From positions 119,094,008 through 119,158,007 of the forward strand of contig NC_068981.1 of the NCBI RefSeq assembly GCF_001194135.2: 64,000 bases of DNA, in the 5' to 3' direction. The DNA is from Octopus bimaculoides (lineage: Eukaryota). The first letter of the stretch is position 1; each line of letters opens with the position of its first letter. Below the pieces are notes generated by a model. That model saw nothing but the letters and a program-made list of their open reading frames with translations. It did not search any database and was not told where the DNA came from. Position numbers and translations under genes: made by a program. This document shows positions 1 through 12,493 of this stretch, in pieces.

Positions 1-950
1 TAATGCATCCCTGATCGATAAGCTTAAGGATATAAAAGGTCAACAATTTTAAAATAAATATACCAAAGTCAATAATCTAGCAACAGAAATTTTAAAGGGT
101 CCTCATGTAGCATTAGTATCATATGTAAATGGCCATGACCTCAAATTCACTGCGTGGCAGAGGGTAGCCTATTCTGCTATTTTTACAACTTTTAGCAACA
201 AGGAGCTGAAATTTTCTGACTTGAAATTTTTGATGCAGCTGAAAAGATATTCCTGATCAGTCTATTGCTTGTCAAAGTCCATCAACAAAAAGGCATAGCT
301 TTTCAGTTGTTTCTCCAAGCATTACTGTCATACTCCTTCCTCAGAGTCATACGCTTCCCTCTGTTATCAGGCTCCTCTCTGACTGGGGCACAAATGATGC
401 ACCTCTTTACAACATTACCAAAGCATCATAGAGTTTGCATGACAATAGCTTTTAAATGGGAGGCGTAGCAGTGGTTTCGCCAAACACTGCCAATATCCCA
501 AAACGAACAAAACCCGATGAAATTTGTGCTTGCTTTGAATCGTTATCACTTTAAGCCAAAAATTCTCTTGCTACACAGACTTCAATAAATAACACTGCTG
601 TGTTATTTAGATCATTACAGCTACGCAATGGTACGAGACAATTAGTTAAGAAGCCTATGTCATATGTCATCGAGACAACTACACTCACTATATCACCAAA
701 AAAGAGGATCCAATTGTACCCAGAATTTCACTCAAACCAACAGACATGTTCTTTCGATACAGAAGACTTGTTACCGAACATCTAAGATTTGCCATGTCAA
801 TCAATAAATCCAAGGGATAAACACTGTCAGTTGCTAAACTGCATCTTGAGGAACATTGTTTGGCAGATTTATGTAAGAAACTCAATAGTTGGAGCCCCCG
901 AGATCTATTTATGTCCCTGTTCATAAAATGAGAAAAACTGTTGCCTTCAG
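1..950 (+). mobile_element. Degenerate Helitron PIF1-like helicase remnant (C-terminal half)
   Basis: Frameshifted motifs: MGGVAV..FRQTLP..KRTKPDEICAC (about 455-535), LRNGTRQLVKKPMSYVIETT (LCNGTRL motif), and LRFAMSINKSKG*TLSVAKLHLEE (FAMTINKSQGQTL motif). The left boundary is uncertain. Confidence 0.85.
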
Positions 951-1336
951 AATTACCGAGGCTGTAATGCAGTAAAGATCTAATAGCTAATAAGCTGAGG
1001 ATCATCACGCCTCTGTAATTTCTATTGTCAATGCATTACATACGCAATACTTGGATGTGTGAGGATCTCCTACGTGCTTTGGTCTCTGCAGGTTTCAAGA
1101 ATGATTTTGTATACACAAATGGTTACTTCCAATGACTCCTGTTTCTGCTCATTTTTCAAATTATTTTAGGAATTAATAAATATCGGGAATGAAGGATTAA
1201 CTGTTTTCGCATTTACTTAATCCTGTGCTCTTAATATGCTTCAGTTAACATGTCATTTACACAAATCAATTATGGAATATACTATTACTATCAAGTATAT
1301 ATCTGTAGCACAGATAGATAGATAGATAGATAGATA

Positions 1337-1377
<41 letters not shown>

Positions 1378-2222
1378 ATACATACATACTCACACAATAC
1401 ATATATGCATGCATGCATATATACATATGTTCTCTTCTGTTCTTAATTATTTAAATTCTTTCTCTGAGGCAGGAGCTGGATTCTAACCAAAATACAAAGC
1501 TCCATCGCAAGGAACAATATCACATTTTAAACATGGTAAAAGTTTTGCGTGTATGTATGTATCTATGTATGTATGTATGTAAGTGTGGGTGGGTATATAA
1601 CAGGCTTCTGTATAGTTTAAAACAACCAAATTCCACTCTTAATGCAACAGTCAACACGAAGCTATTGTAGACAGCATCTGCTCAAGATGTCACGCAATGG
1701 AATTGATGCCGGAACCACATGAAATCCACGCCAACTTCTCAACCTCAAACCAATGCCTGAATCATATATTATCAATGTTCTTGAGAAAGATATGAATGTT
1801 GCCTCTCTTCATTCCTTTTTTTTATATAATTTGCATGGCTTGTCATCTAATATTACCGTAACAAGGCTAATACTGTAAAACATAAAACACATCAAGAAAA
1901 GAACTCATGGCGAAATAAAACTGAAAACTGTTTTTGCTTATCAGTTGAAACTAATTCATACAATTTACGCTAATGGCCAGATAAAAATACAAATATATAT
2001 ACGTAAAAAAAAGTATGGTAGTTATCCAATATCGTTCTCCCCACATCCTTATAAATTTGATTTTGTATGTGAAATCTTAATAGTTAAGTAATCCTTTTAC
2101 AAGCAATATGTAAGGTTAGCCGTGGGAATTTTTGCTTCTCTGACTATAAATACCAGTAACGATACACAAGTCAAGACCTGTTGTTGCCGCCTTCACTTTC
2201 CAAACAAACTGACACCTATATA

Positions 2223-2471
2223 TTGGGTTGGTGCATAATTATAGCGGTTTTTTTTAAACAAATTTTATTCAATAAAATCAATAACATGTAACAAAAACAT
2301 CTCTAAATGATTATTCCGGAGCATATTCACCATCTACTTCAATTACTGCTTCCCATTTGCTTGGTAGACGGTCAAACCGTCATTTAAAGATGTTTTTGTT
2401 AAATATTGTTATTGTTTTTGTTGAATAAAATTCGTTGAAAAAATAGCCGCAATAATTATGCACCAACCCAA
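2223..2471 (-). mobile_element. Internally deleted mariner (MITE-like)
   Basis: TIRs TTGGGTTGGTGCATAATTAT..GCGG / CCGC.ATAATTATGCACCAACCCAA with TA on both flanks. The interior encodes a transposase C-terminus, RLPSKWEAVIEVDGEYAPE*. Confidence 0.9.
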
Positions 2472-3081
2472 TATAATATTCTAAAAACTGGTGAGCTGGC
2501 AGAAAAAGAAGCTTTGAAGTGAACTTTTAGGGAAAATATATCCAGAGTCATGTTATGCCTGAGAAACCAAATCAAAATGAGCGAAGAAATGTTAATTAGT
2601 TCAAAATGTAGTGAGTGGAAATAATCATCTGGCTAATGAAGAATTCATGCCAAAGTCAATCACGAAATTTTAATTATATAATATAAATTAAATATGGAAT
2701 CTAAGCAATGCAGTGGTGAATGGTTCTGATCTTGGTAATACGTTCGGTCTCCTCAGTGAAGTACCATGTTAACACAGCTCGGACTTTTGATTCTTTCTAC
2801 TTACCACGATGTGTGTGTAATTAACATCAGTTTTACTATTTAGTTTCATGTAAAATGCGTCGCGAGGTACTTTATCCAGGAGACCTTATTTAATATCAAA
2901 CCACTCAATGTTTATTCGTTATACATACTAACTCACACACACACACACATATATTATATATATATTATACATATATATATATATATATACATATATATAT
3001 AATGGTGGTGTTGTTGTTGTTGTTGTTGTTATTGTTGTTGTTGTTGTTGTTGTTGCTGTTGTTGTTGTTGTTGTTATTGTT

Positions 3082-3290
3082 ATTACCTCCGCCAAGGAAG
3101 GAGGTTATGTTTTCATCGGCGTTGGTTTGTCCGTCTGTCCGTCTGTGTGCAAAATAACTCAAAAAGTTGTGAATGGCATTTAATGAAACCTGCAGGAAAA
3201 GTTGGTAATGGCACAAGGAACAGGTATGATGAAATTTTGGTAGTGATCCGGGAATTTTTATGGATTCTTGAAGGATTTTTTCATTTGTTA
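3082..3290 (+). mobile_element. DINE-1/HINE-like (Helentron-associated) non-autonomous element, 5' part
   Basis: Starts with the hairpin ACCTCC-gccaaggaa-GGAGGT, followed by GTCCGTCTGTCCGTCTGT (GTCY repeat) and the body ...ataactcaaaaagtt...aatggcacaaggaac...aaattttggtagtgatccgg. Confidence 0.6.
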
Positions 3291-3374
3291 TATTTACTTT
3301 ACATGAAGTATTACAATGTTACGTTCTTTGATTATCTCCCTTAAAAACACGTTCATCGTTTCCACGTAACCTAT

Positions 3375-3434
3375 GGTGGCGTTGCTGGTGGCATTGCTGG
3401 TGGCGTTGCTGGTGGCGTTGCTGGTGGCGTTGCT
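3375..3434. repeat. 12-bp minisatellite (GGTGGCGTTGCT)x5
   Basis: Five tandem units with one G>A variant. Confidence 0.95.
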
Positions 3435-4389
3435 GTTTCCAAAGTTTTATTTTCGTTTCTCTATTAGTAATTTTACTCGCGTATCTATGGGCTCTTGAGG
3501 GATGATTGATACTATACTGACCACAGAGGGATGTAAAGTAGGTAGGTGGGTTTAGTTTCGTAAGTATACAGATACCTCTTTTATCAAGCAAAAGAATAAA
3601 AGAATAGTCTTCAACATTTCAGAACAAAAAACAAAAGCATTTACAAGCAATCCAGTAAAACGCACAACTTTGCAGGTCAAACAATAAAGTGAACAACAAT
3701 AACAATAACAATAACAATAACAACGTTGATGATCAGAAAGGAAGCATTGTTGTCACGATTCCAAACATCCCAGAATAGCACAGAATTCATTTAAAAACAC
3801 ATTCTTCCGACTTACAAATCAATATAAAAATAAGATAAGTAAATGTGACACAAATCCACCTGTTCTACAACATAACATGAACGGTTTTGTAAATAGCTTA
3901 ATAAATTTTTGCATGTTTTTATAACCATCATTTGCAATTTACAAAGCAATAATTTAAGAAACAGTCTTAAAATCATGTAACAAAAAACTATCCATGATAG
4001 AGCCTTTTCAATGGAGTAGGTGGTCTTACAATTTAAGTTTAATTTAAATCTTGCATTTAATATGTCATAAATGACATTCACAAACTAATGAGTACGATGC
4101 TACACTAGATAAACAGGTTTTCAAAATATAAATCAACAATATAGTAAGTACCACGATATAATAAATTTATGCATATTCCAGCTGACCTCACTAACCGTCC
4201 CTCTAGGCTCAACATTTTTACACTCTCACGAGTGCCTTCATTGTAGAAGACTTTAATACTCTCAACACATCCTGGTTTCCAAACAGTGGAGAAAACAAGA
4301 GGAATGAAACAGCAGCATCGCATTCGGGTTCCCCTACATATCAAATTACCTACACCAACACACACACATATATCTTACTAAAAAAACAT

Positions 4390-5460
4390 ACGGTAATTCT
4401 TCCCCTAATATCCCCTTCTGTTCAGTGCACTTAACTACTACAATCAGTTGGCAAACAATGCTTTAATGTTACTTGAATTATCGCAAAACACTTGTACAAG
4501 TTAGGGAAAATATCATGCACACAAACTTTAAAAATTGTTACAATCTCAACCAGGAGCAGAACCAATATTTTCTGAATTCAACAATTCCACAATTACCAAC
4601 ATAAGCTCTGCAGTACATACGTTCAACAAAATAATTATAGACGCATCTAAGAAACATTTCATAAAGCAACATTAGAATGCAACCCAATTATAGAAAAAAA
4701 ACAGAGCAAAATACACCAAAACCACTCAGAAGCAAAGTCAAACACTGCATCAAACAATTAAATAAGGAAATAAAATAACGGAAAATAGAAAACTGACAAA
4801 TATTTATTTAATTCTAACAGTAAAACACTATTGAGAATAATTAACATCGTTTTCAACAACAACAACGGTCTCATCTCACCCCATGTTGTAATAACAACCT
4901 CAAATAAAATACCCACACTGCAATACCAAGCTAATGCCCTTATTAAACATTTCCCGAAAATCAATCATCAAAAGGAAACACATAAAAAAATTACAAACCG
5001 AAAAATAAGCATCTTCCTGTCAAATATCCAAAAAGCAAGACTGAAATCTAGCAAAAGCCTCAGAGTGAGACAAAATTAAAGACATACACACAAAACACGT
5101 GTGGGCTGAAGGAACAGCAGCACTCACCAATATCTACAACTACACGTGCCAACGCTGTAAAATTCGTAGACTTTAGAGGCTTGGCAAAACTATTACAATT
5201 CGAAAACCAACAAAATCCTTTACAGATACTTTTCCCTTTTATACACACTATCAAACATTCTAGAAAAGTTAAGCCTTGACATCTACAACCAACACATAAT
5301 TTCAACATGAATGCAGACCACTACTCAGAAACCCAACAAAGTAAAATACCTGATCACATCAACAGCAAAAATCTTCGCAGACATACCATTCTAATTACAT
5401 CATCAAAACGTTTGAACCCATTCCCCAATATCTACTTATACAAAAAAAATATCCTACCTT
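4390..5460 (+). mobile_element. Degenerate non-LTR retrotransposon (I/Jockey-like) endonuclease end and RT start
   Basis: Decayed motifs NSSPNIPFCSVHL (SSPDISF), ALTNIYN, LAKTITIRKP (W.xAKIIPILKP), TLSNILEKL and an SKAFD-like segment; many stops and frameshifts. Confidence 0.6.
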
Positions 5461-5744
5461 GAGAAGTAGTACAAAATATTGGCCAGCAAACTATCTCTAA
5501 ACCTTTTTAGTATACAAGAAAAACGTTTTCTGAACAGAGTGTAAAATGTTCTGCCCTTTCATTCACTTTTTTCATCATTTACGTACGCGATCCTCCTACA
5601 CCTCTATAAAACATATTGCCTCATACGTAGATGAGAAAACACATACTCCCAGTACTCTCCAAAGCACTGCAGCACCACTTCAACCCTAATTAAATCCCCG
5701 AGAAAACTGGTTCGACAGCAACGGATTTTTTTTTTTTTTTACTT

Positions 5745-6080
5745 GCTAGTTCTGGAGATGGAAAAATGATGAAGGCCTTAGCAGATCCTCCAAGTTCAGT
5801 GAAATTGATGCGCTGGTGATACTCTTAAGCTGTTGAAGGTCGGCATCTGCATGAAAGAAGACATAAGCATCAAGGGAGTTCAAAGGAGTGGGTGTTCTTG
5901 AAAGGAAGGACAGGGCGCAGTAGTTAACGCCGTACAACAAAGGTGACGAGAGAAGAGACGAGTGAATCAGGAGTGCCTGAATGGAAGTGGCACGAGCTCA
6001 GAGCAACTCAGGCTGATATAGTAGCGACAGAAAATGCAGAGATACAGCACGTATGTGGTCGAGAGGTTGGAGGGGTCTTT
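5745..6080 (-). mobile_element. 3' end of a CR1/L2-group LINE
   Basis: Minus strand reads ..SELVPLPFRHS*FTRL.. and NYCALSFLSRTPTPLNSLDAYVF..DLQQLKS, resembling the CSSEL..TRL / SF.PRTS.LWNSLP..VFP..L..FK terminus. An A-rich tail follows. Confidence 0.65.
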
Positions 6081-6259
6081 TTGGTTTGGCTGCCAGCATT
6101 TCAGAAAGTAAAGTTTATCGAAATTTTTTTAATTTGGCACATTGATATACTTTTCCAAGTTGAATTGCTGGAGTTATTTCACTTTTTCCTGAAAAATGTT
6201 TTTAAAAAGTTATAGAGGTTTAAAATTTGATCATTTTCACACGGTCATGAAACAGAACT

Positions 6260-6560
6260 TGGAAGCTGTCATTTTGTGCATGACTGAACATCTTATCGTC
6301 AACATCTTGAAAATAGCACATGTTGTCAAGAAAAAATAAACAGCACGTCTTTTATAGTTTTAAGCATTGCGATAGCACGAACTTAAAAGATTTATCCAAA
6401 AACATTATTTAGCTGTTATTTTCTTTTGAGTATAATACCCTTTTCTTGTAGGTACGAAACAGTATCCTCCTCTGTTCTTTGTGTCTCCGTCATAGAAGCG
6501 AGGTTACCGGAGCTTACTGCCATAATCAAACTGTAAAATTTCCAACAGAACACAGCGTCA
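6260..6560 (-). mobile_element. Possible Merlin/IS1016-like transposase N-terminal fragment
   Basis: MAVSSGNLASMTETQRTEEDTVSYLQEKGII resembles the Merlin N-terminus (TEExAxxFLQExGII). No TIR or catalytic motif was found. Confidence 0.35.
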
Positions 6561-7188
6561 AAAATTGGTTTCAATATATTTGTCAACACATGCTTTCTCG
6601 CAGACAAAAGAGTTCTCTCTTCCGCTTGATACAATGGAAACAGACATGAATGTGTCTGTAGCTTACGATTGGCTAAAATTACCCAAAATTTTCAAAATTT
6701 TCTTGCTAATAATTCTTTATTTATTGAGTTATAGCGAAAATGATTTTCACGTCATTCATTGGCCTATAAAAGTGTATCATTACACTGAATATGAAATCAA
6801 TTCGAACAGAATTAATGCTGACAGCCAAACGGAAAAGATCCGGTTGGAGTAACCATGAGAGACTAATCGAGTGGCCTTTCTTTCGATGCAGTCAAGGGCG
6901 TCTATGTGTACATCAGCACTTATGTGGGAGTAATACTCCATTGCATAATGTCAGTAATTGTTGGAAGTTGAACTAGTTTCTGGCATTGAAACAAAGGAAC
7001 AAGCTTTGGGATGCTTTCGACATAAGAGATCCTTGATGATACTTATTTCTAACGTCTGTAGTGATTTGGAGGGATCTAGTTATAAGCTGTTCCTGTTTAA
7101 GCAGAGAGGTGGAATGATGGTTTCTTGATACGAGTTTGTTTTTGCTTTTTTTTAAATTTAATTTGGGATATTTTTATTTTTGAAATAA

Positions 7189-7309
7189 ATACTGATTGGC
7201 TGAGGAAACAGGACTCTAAGGAAAACACGTTGCTACTACAAATTCAGCAACGACAAGCAAACAGCCAGGCATGCTACCAATCGAGACTTCGTCAGCAAAG
7301 AACTGACAC
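7189..7309 (+). repeat. Copy of the Helitron N-terminal segment also present at 12518-12638
   Basis: About 121 bp, roughly 90% identical by eye to 12518-12638. Confidence 0.85.
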
Positions 7310-7334
7310 TGAGAGTTGCTAGCTCCTAGCAACT

Positions 7335-7790
7335 AACTTTTCCCTTCTTACCAGCAACACCAGAGAACATCAGATATAACAAACCATCACATTGAACATC
7401 ATAAATACACAATACATACAGAAAGCAAAAATACCAAGAGTTACAGACAATGCCCTCACAGCAATCACAATACAGAAAGCAAATATTTTAAAGAAAGCAA
7501 AACAACGTTCAAACATATTCAGAGTAATCCCAGATATCACATTTGGTCAACAAAAGGAAACGACAACTTCTACAAACAACACATTTGATCTATCACGGAC
7601 TACGCCAGTCTGGCTTGGGCACTCAATCTCCACTTTGAACTACAATAAATTTCAAACAACACAAAATAGTGCACTTCGTATCATAAATTGTACACAGACC
7701 ACACCAACCATCTCGTATATATCGAAACAAAAACACTAAAACTGAAAGACCACATACACGACACAATTGCTGCTGCAACGAACCTCAACT
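7335..7790 (+). mobile_element. I/Jockey-like LINE ORF2 post-RT remnant
   Basis: KAKQRSNIFRVIPDITFGQQKET...DYASLAW...NYNKFQTTQNSALRII.CTQTTP..LKDH matches the typical post-RT region. Confidence 0.75.
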
Positions 7791-8443
7791 GTTGTCATTA
7801 TGAAAATCAGGTGGAAGTTGAAATGTTTACTGCAGATTCATAACGGTATGTGTATTGCTCACGGATTCGAAGTCTAAGTCCATACGTTCGAGACTACCAG
7901 ACGATACAAATTGATTTAAAATTGAGTACATTCTCAATATGACTATTTACTTGAAAATACTTGATAACTTATAACAATCATTTACATACTTATCGAAGTA
8001 AAGTTGTCCAAGGAGATTTGTCCAATGTTAGAGTTAAACGTCTTGGCTATCGACAAAGCGGGTACGAGCCCCACTTTATAATCCGATGGTCATTGACACA
8101 ACCACATACAACAATGCACATTTCTGTATAAATTTAACTTTGCATCTTTACCAAAGCATGTTTGCTGATTCAGTGTAATACGATCTCTTCAAATATTTCA
8201 CCGATATGTTTCAATAGACATTGCTATTTAGTATACGCTCTAGACTGTCGGAATATTATTTCCTTATCTCGCTTATCATACTTCTTCCGGTAGAAATCTC
8301 TTGAGACAGAACAACACGATAAACACGATAAACAGTCTATTTTAGTCAACGAATCTGTAATACACTGTTCTAGATTTATAGTTGAAGAAAGGGGAATGAA
8401 TACAAATTTGTCTCTCTTTCTCTCCCTTTCACTTTCCCTCTTC

Positions 8444-8485
<42 letters not shown>

Positions 8486-8558
8486 ATGTTGGCTTTGACT
8501 GAGACCAGTTTTCTAAATTACATATGCACACTTATATGTGCATATATATATATATATA

Positions 8559-9351
8559 NNNNNNNNNNNNNNNNNNNNNNNNNNNNNNNNNNNNNNNNNN
8601 NNNNNNNNNNNNNNNNNNNNNNNNNNNNNNNNNNNNNNNNNNNNNNNNNNNNNNNNNNNNNNNNNNNNNNNNNNNNNNNNNNNNNNNNNNNNNNNNNNNN
8701 NNNNNNNNNNNNNNNNNNNNNNNNNNNNNNNNNNNNNNNNNNNNNNNNNNNNNNNNNNNNNNNNNNNNNNNNNNNNNNNNNNNNNNNNNNNNNNNNNNNN
8801 NNNNNNNNNNNNNNNNNNNNNNNNNNNNNNNNNNNNNNNNNNNNNNNNNNNNNNNNNNNNNNNNNNNNNNNNNNNNNNNNNNNNNNNNNNNNNNNNNNNN
8901 NNNNNNNNNNNNNNNNNNNNNNNNNNNNNNNNNNNNNNNNNNNNNNNNNNNNNNNNNNNNNNNNNNNNNNNNNNNNNNNNNNNNNNNNNNNNNNNNNNNN
9001 NNNNNNNNNNNNNNNNNNNNNNNNNNNNNNNNNNNNNNNNNNNNNNNNNNNNNNNNNNNNNNNNNNNNNNNNNNNNNNNNNNNNNNNNNNNNNNNNNNNN
9101 NNNNNNNNNNNNNNNNNNNNNNNNNNNNNNNNNNNNNNNNNNNNNNNNNNNNNNNNNNNNNNNNNNNNNNNNNNNNNNNNNNNNNNNNNNNNNNNNNNNN
9201 NNNNNNNNNNNNNNNNNNNNNNNNNNNNNNNNNNNNNNNNNNNNNNNNNNNNNNNNNNNNNNNNNNNNNNNNNNNNNNNNNNNNNNNNNNNNNNNNNNNN
9301 NNNNNNNNNNNNNNNNNNNNNNNNNNNNNNNNNNNNNNNNNNNNNNNNNNN
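8559..9351. other. Assembly gap (others at 12191-12200, 14056-14269, 18350-18376, 23106-23399, 44450-44621, 46485-46494)
   Basis: Runs of N, mostly flanked by (TA)n or (GT)n microsatellites. Confidence 0.99.
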
Positions 9352-9373
9352 GCGTGTGTATGTGTCTGTGCGT

Positions 9374-9421
<48 letters not shown>

Positions 9422-10429
9422 GCATGCATACATGTAAAATTAATTCTTGCATTTACTTCACGTAGGCATTAATCTTAGCACCAACAAATTTCTAAGTCTT
9501 CTCAGTCAATAACTGTTGCGATTAGATGAACTGAGATGTTTCTTGTTAGGTGCATATCTTTGTACGTACCGCATTCACACCAACACGCACGCGCACGCAC
9601 ACGCACACACACACACACATATACACGCACGCTCTCTCTCTCTCTCTCCCTCCCTCACACACACTCTCTCTCTCTCTCTCTCGCACACACACACGCACAC
9701 ATACACACACTCTCTCTCTCTCATACATATATGTAAACAGAAACCTTACAAGATTTATCTAATGGAAGCATTTAGAGACTGAGAGGGTTTAAAAAAATTA
9801 ATTAGAAATTAGTTGGAGATTAATAAACTCAGAGAAAGAAATGCAAGAATAAATTCTATGTACGTACGTATGTATGTGTGTGTGTTATGGCACCTTTCCT
9901 ATCCATCTCTTGCGAGTTTTTCACTAATGATCCTACGGATATAAATTAACTACTTAGGTCAAACCAAAGCTAAAAGCTTGTCGAACTTTTTTTCTACCGC
10001 ATCATGGAGGATACCCATCTACACCAAATTACTGCGAACTTCCACCTTCCGCTTCTTTCCTGATTTTCTGCTATATTTTTTATATATATTCATATACCTT
10101 TGTTCTCTCATTAATAAGTCAATCTACACATCGCTGGCGGTGAGGTGAATCGCTGTTGCCTCTAGCAGTCGAGTGTCCATCATCTGGTGCTCTCGGCCCT
10201 AGAGGTAGCGGGGATTTATCTCCCCGCTAGCTATATAAAAGAGAGTGCAAATTACATCAAAAAGCCAGTATGAGAGTTTCTCTCATGATAGCTACTGCAA
10301 CATAGTTTGTTCAAATAGAACGTCCACGTTTAAGTGCTGATAAATATTACCTCACGGTATTAATATTGCCTCTGTCGCTAGTATATATCTCATTAATATG
10401 CTTTATAAATATATAGCGGCGACCAATCA

Positions 10430-10620
10430 GAATCGTTACGCACCGCGAAAAATGCTTAGCGGCATTTCTTCCGACTTTACGTTCAAATATCGCCGGGGTC
10501 GACTTTGTATTTCATTATTTCGGGGTTGATAAAACAAGTACCAGTTGAACAAGAGGGTAATGTAATCGACTTATCCCCTTCCCCAAAAGTGTTGGCCTTG
10601 TACCAAACTTTGAAACCAAT
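10430..10620 (+). mobile_element. Octopus-type SINE, family A (..gaaatgcttagcgg..gtcgactttg..tttcgggg.tgataaa..gtaccagtt..)
   Basis: Shares its core with at least 10 other copies in the window. Confidence 0.85.
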
Positions 10621-10632
10621 ATATTTTATAAA

Positions 10633-10854
10633 TGCGAGGGGTTACTGAAAAATTCCTGGTTTTGAGTAAAAGAAAATACAGGAGGATCGGTTAAAGATGA
10701 TTTTACTCAACATATTCCCCTCTCAAATTTACACACTTATTGCAGCGGCCCTTCAGTTTTTTCTTAACCCTGTAAAAGAACTCAGAAGTTTGAGCCTTCA
10801 ACCAGGCCTTTCACGATGCCCTTAAATCCAGGAACTCTTCAGCACTCCTTTGTA
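10633..10854 (-). mobile_element. Short mariner derivative with degenerate TIRs
   Basis: Left end TGCGAGGGGTTACTGAAAAATTCCTGG; reverse complement of right end TACAAAGGAGTGCTGAAGAGTTCCTGG. The interior resembles a mariner transposase 3' end. Confidence 0.7.
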
Positions 10855-11063
10855 TGTTATAAATTGATTTGATGCTTTGCGACCGCTTGTTCAACGTTTA
10901 CCATTACAAATTTCATGAAAGGCACGGTAGTTCTTCAGATGACAAGGTCGGAGCGGTATCTTCAGTAGAAACATGTCAGCTTCAGTAATTATTGTGGCTC
11001 TCGCATAGTTTATTTGCTAAAAAAAACTTGCAAATGAAAGTGCTTGTAGCATAATCACATTAT

Positions 11064-11880
11064 TCAGCATGTTGCTCTGGACGGATCTGGTTTCCATCCG
11101 TTTTTGTCTATTATCTGGCCCAAGTATTTAATTTCTTTCATAAAGAACTCGCATTTTTCTTCCGTTAACTTGAAACCGTATTCTCTAATCTTTTCGAATA
11201 CCCTTTTAATATGTTCTACATGTTGTTCATGTGATTTGCTTTTTATTAGGATATCATCTAAATAGGCGATCACAAAATCACAGTCACCCAGCATTGTATC
11301 CATTATTTGCTGAAATATGGAAGGAGTCACTTTTACACCAAAGGGAAGCAGCTTAGATTTAAATAATCCACGGTGTATATTAAGGATTAATAAGTGTGAG
11401 CATTCTTCTTCTACTTGGATCTGTAAATATGCCTCCGAGAGATCTTCTCGATTATTCCTAGGTTTTCAAGTCTTTCAAGTTCCTTATTTACCTGTTCTAG
11501 TGCCGTGAACGGTACATTCCGTTTTCGCTCAAATACAGGTGTTGCACTTTGTTTTACTACAATTTTGCTTTCGTTTTTGTGCAGCACCCCAGATGCTCCG
11601 AGAAAACTTCTGGGAATAAATGTTTTATTTTTTTTGTTTCAATCCCTTAGCCGAATTTGAACCTTCGACTGAACCGACTATATTCCCACACAAAACACTT
11701 ATGGGCGTATTGCACAATTTGAACAATTCCATCCACTCTGTGTCGAATAGATTAACTGAATTTTTTAACACATATATTTTTGCCGTTTTCATTCGGTCAC
11801 GAAATGTCACATTACACACAAATTCACCTACAAAATAAATCTTTTACCCATAACACCGTGCGCTACTTTTGTAGATTTAC
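11064..11880 (-). mobile_element. Gypsy/Ty3 LTR retrotransposon pol fragment (protease end plus RT)
   Basis: PSIFQQIMDTMLGDCDFVIAYLDDILI...KCEFFMKEIKYLGQII (YLDD RT motif), with upstream AKIYVLKNSVNLFDTEW; deleted and frameshifted. Confidence 0.92.
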
Positions 11881-11902
11881 TTAATTTCGGCTTACCGATA
11901 TA

Positions 11903-12493
11903 CAGTGGGGGGAAATAAATATTCATACATGTCAAAATTCTTTATTTATTTAATTTCTAATGAACATAAATGGGATATACCAATACTATATTTGCATACA
12001 CATGCATAAACTAAGAATAGACAAACGAAACTAAGAAATTATAGTAACTAATGAATTTATATACAATTATAAATATTTATGGGTGAAAAAAGTATTCGTA
12101 CAGAACATAAATAACTGATAATTCTGATTTAATACTTCGTAGCATAACCATTATTGAGTTCCACTTCAACCAATCTCTTCTTGTAGCTCTNNNNNNNNNN
12201 GGGGCTCTTGAATGAATTTTAATTTTCAAATAACGCCACAAATTTTCAATGGGGTTCAAGTCAGGTGACTGGCTTGGCCATTCTAATGATTTTATATTGT
12301 GATTGACAATCCATTTTTGGTAGACTTCGCCGTGTGCTTAGGGTTGTTATTCTGTTGTAAAACCCACCCTTCACAAAGCTGGAGCTTTTCTACAGAGTCC
12401 CATAAATTATTGTTCAAAATATTTTGGTACATCTCTGCATTCATTCTACCATCTATCACATGTAAATTGCCAGTGCCATTTGCAGAGAAACAT
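11903..12493 (-). mobile_element. Tc1-like transposon, 3' half with one TIR
   Basis: TA|CAGTGGGGGGAAATAAATATT terminus. Minus strand reads CFSANGTGNLHVIDGRMNAEMYQNIL...QQNNNPKH and [15 protein letters not shown]. Confidence 0.92.

Noticed and set aside
3375-3434. Regular short repeats and the HQQR-repeat ORF as a CRISPR array or real protein
   Set aside because: A spacerless 12-bp minisatellite in a eukaryotic genome; the ORF is a by-product.
8396-9782. Long ORFs of about 300 aa in the ORF track
   Set aside because: They run through an N-gap and dinucleotide repeats and are artefacts.
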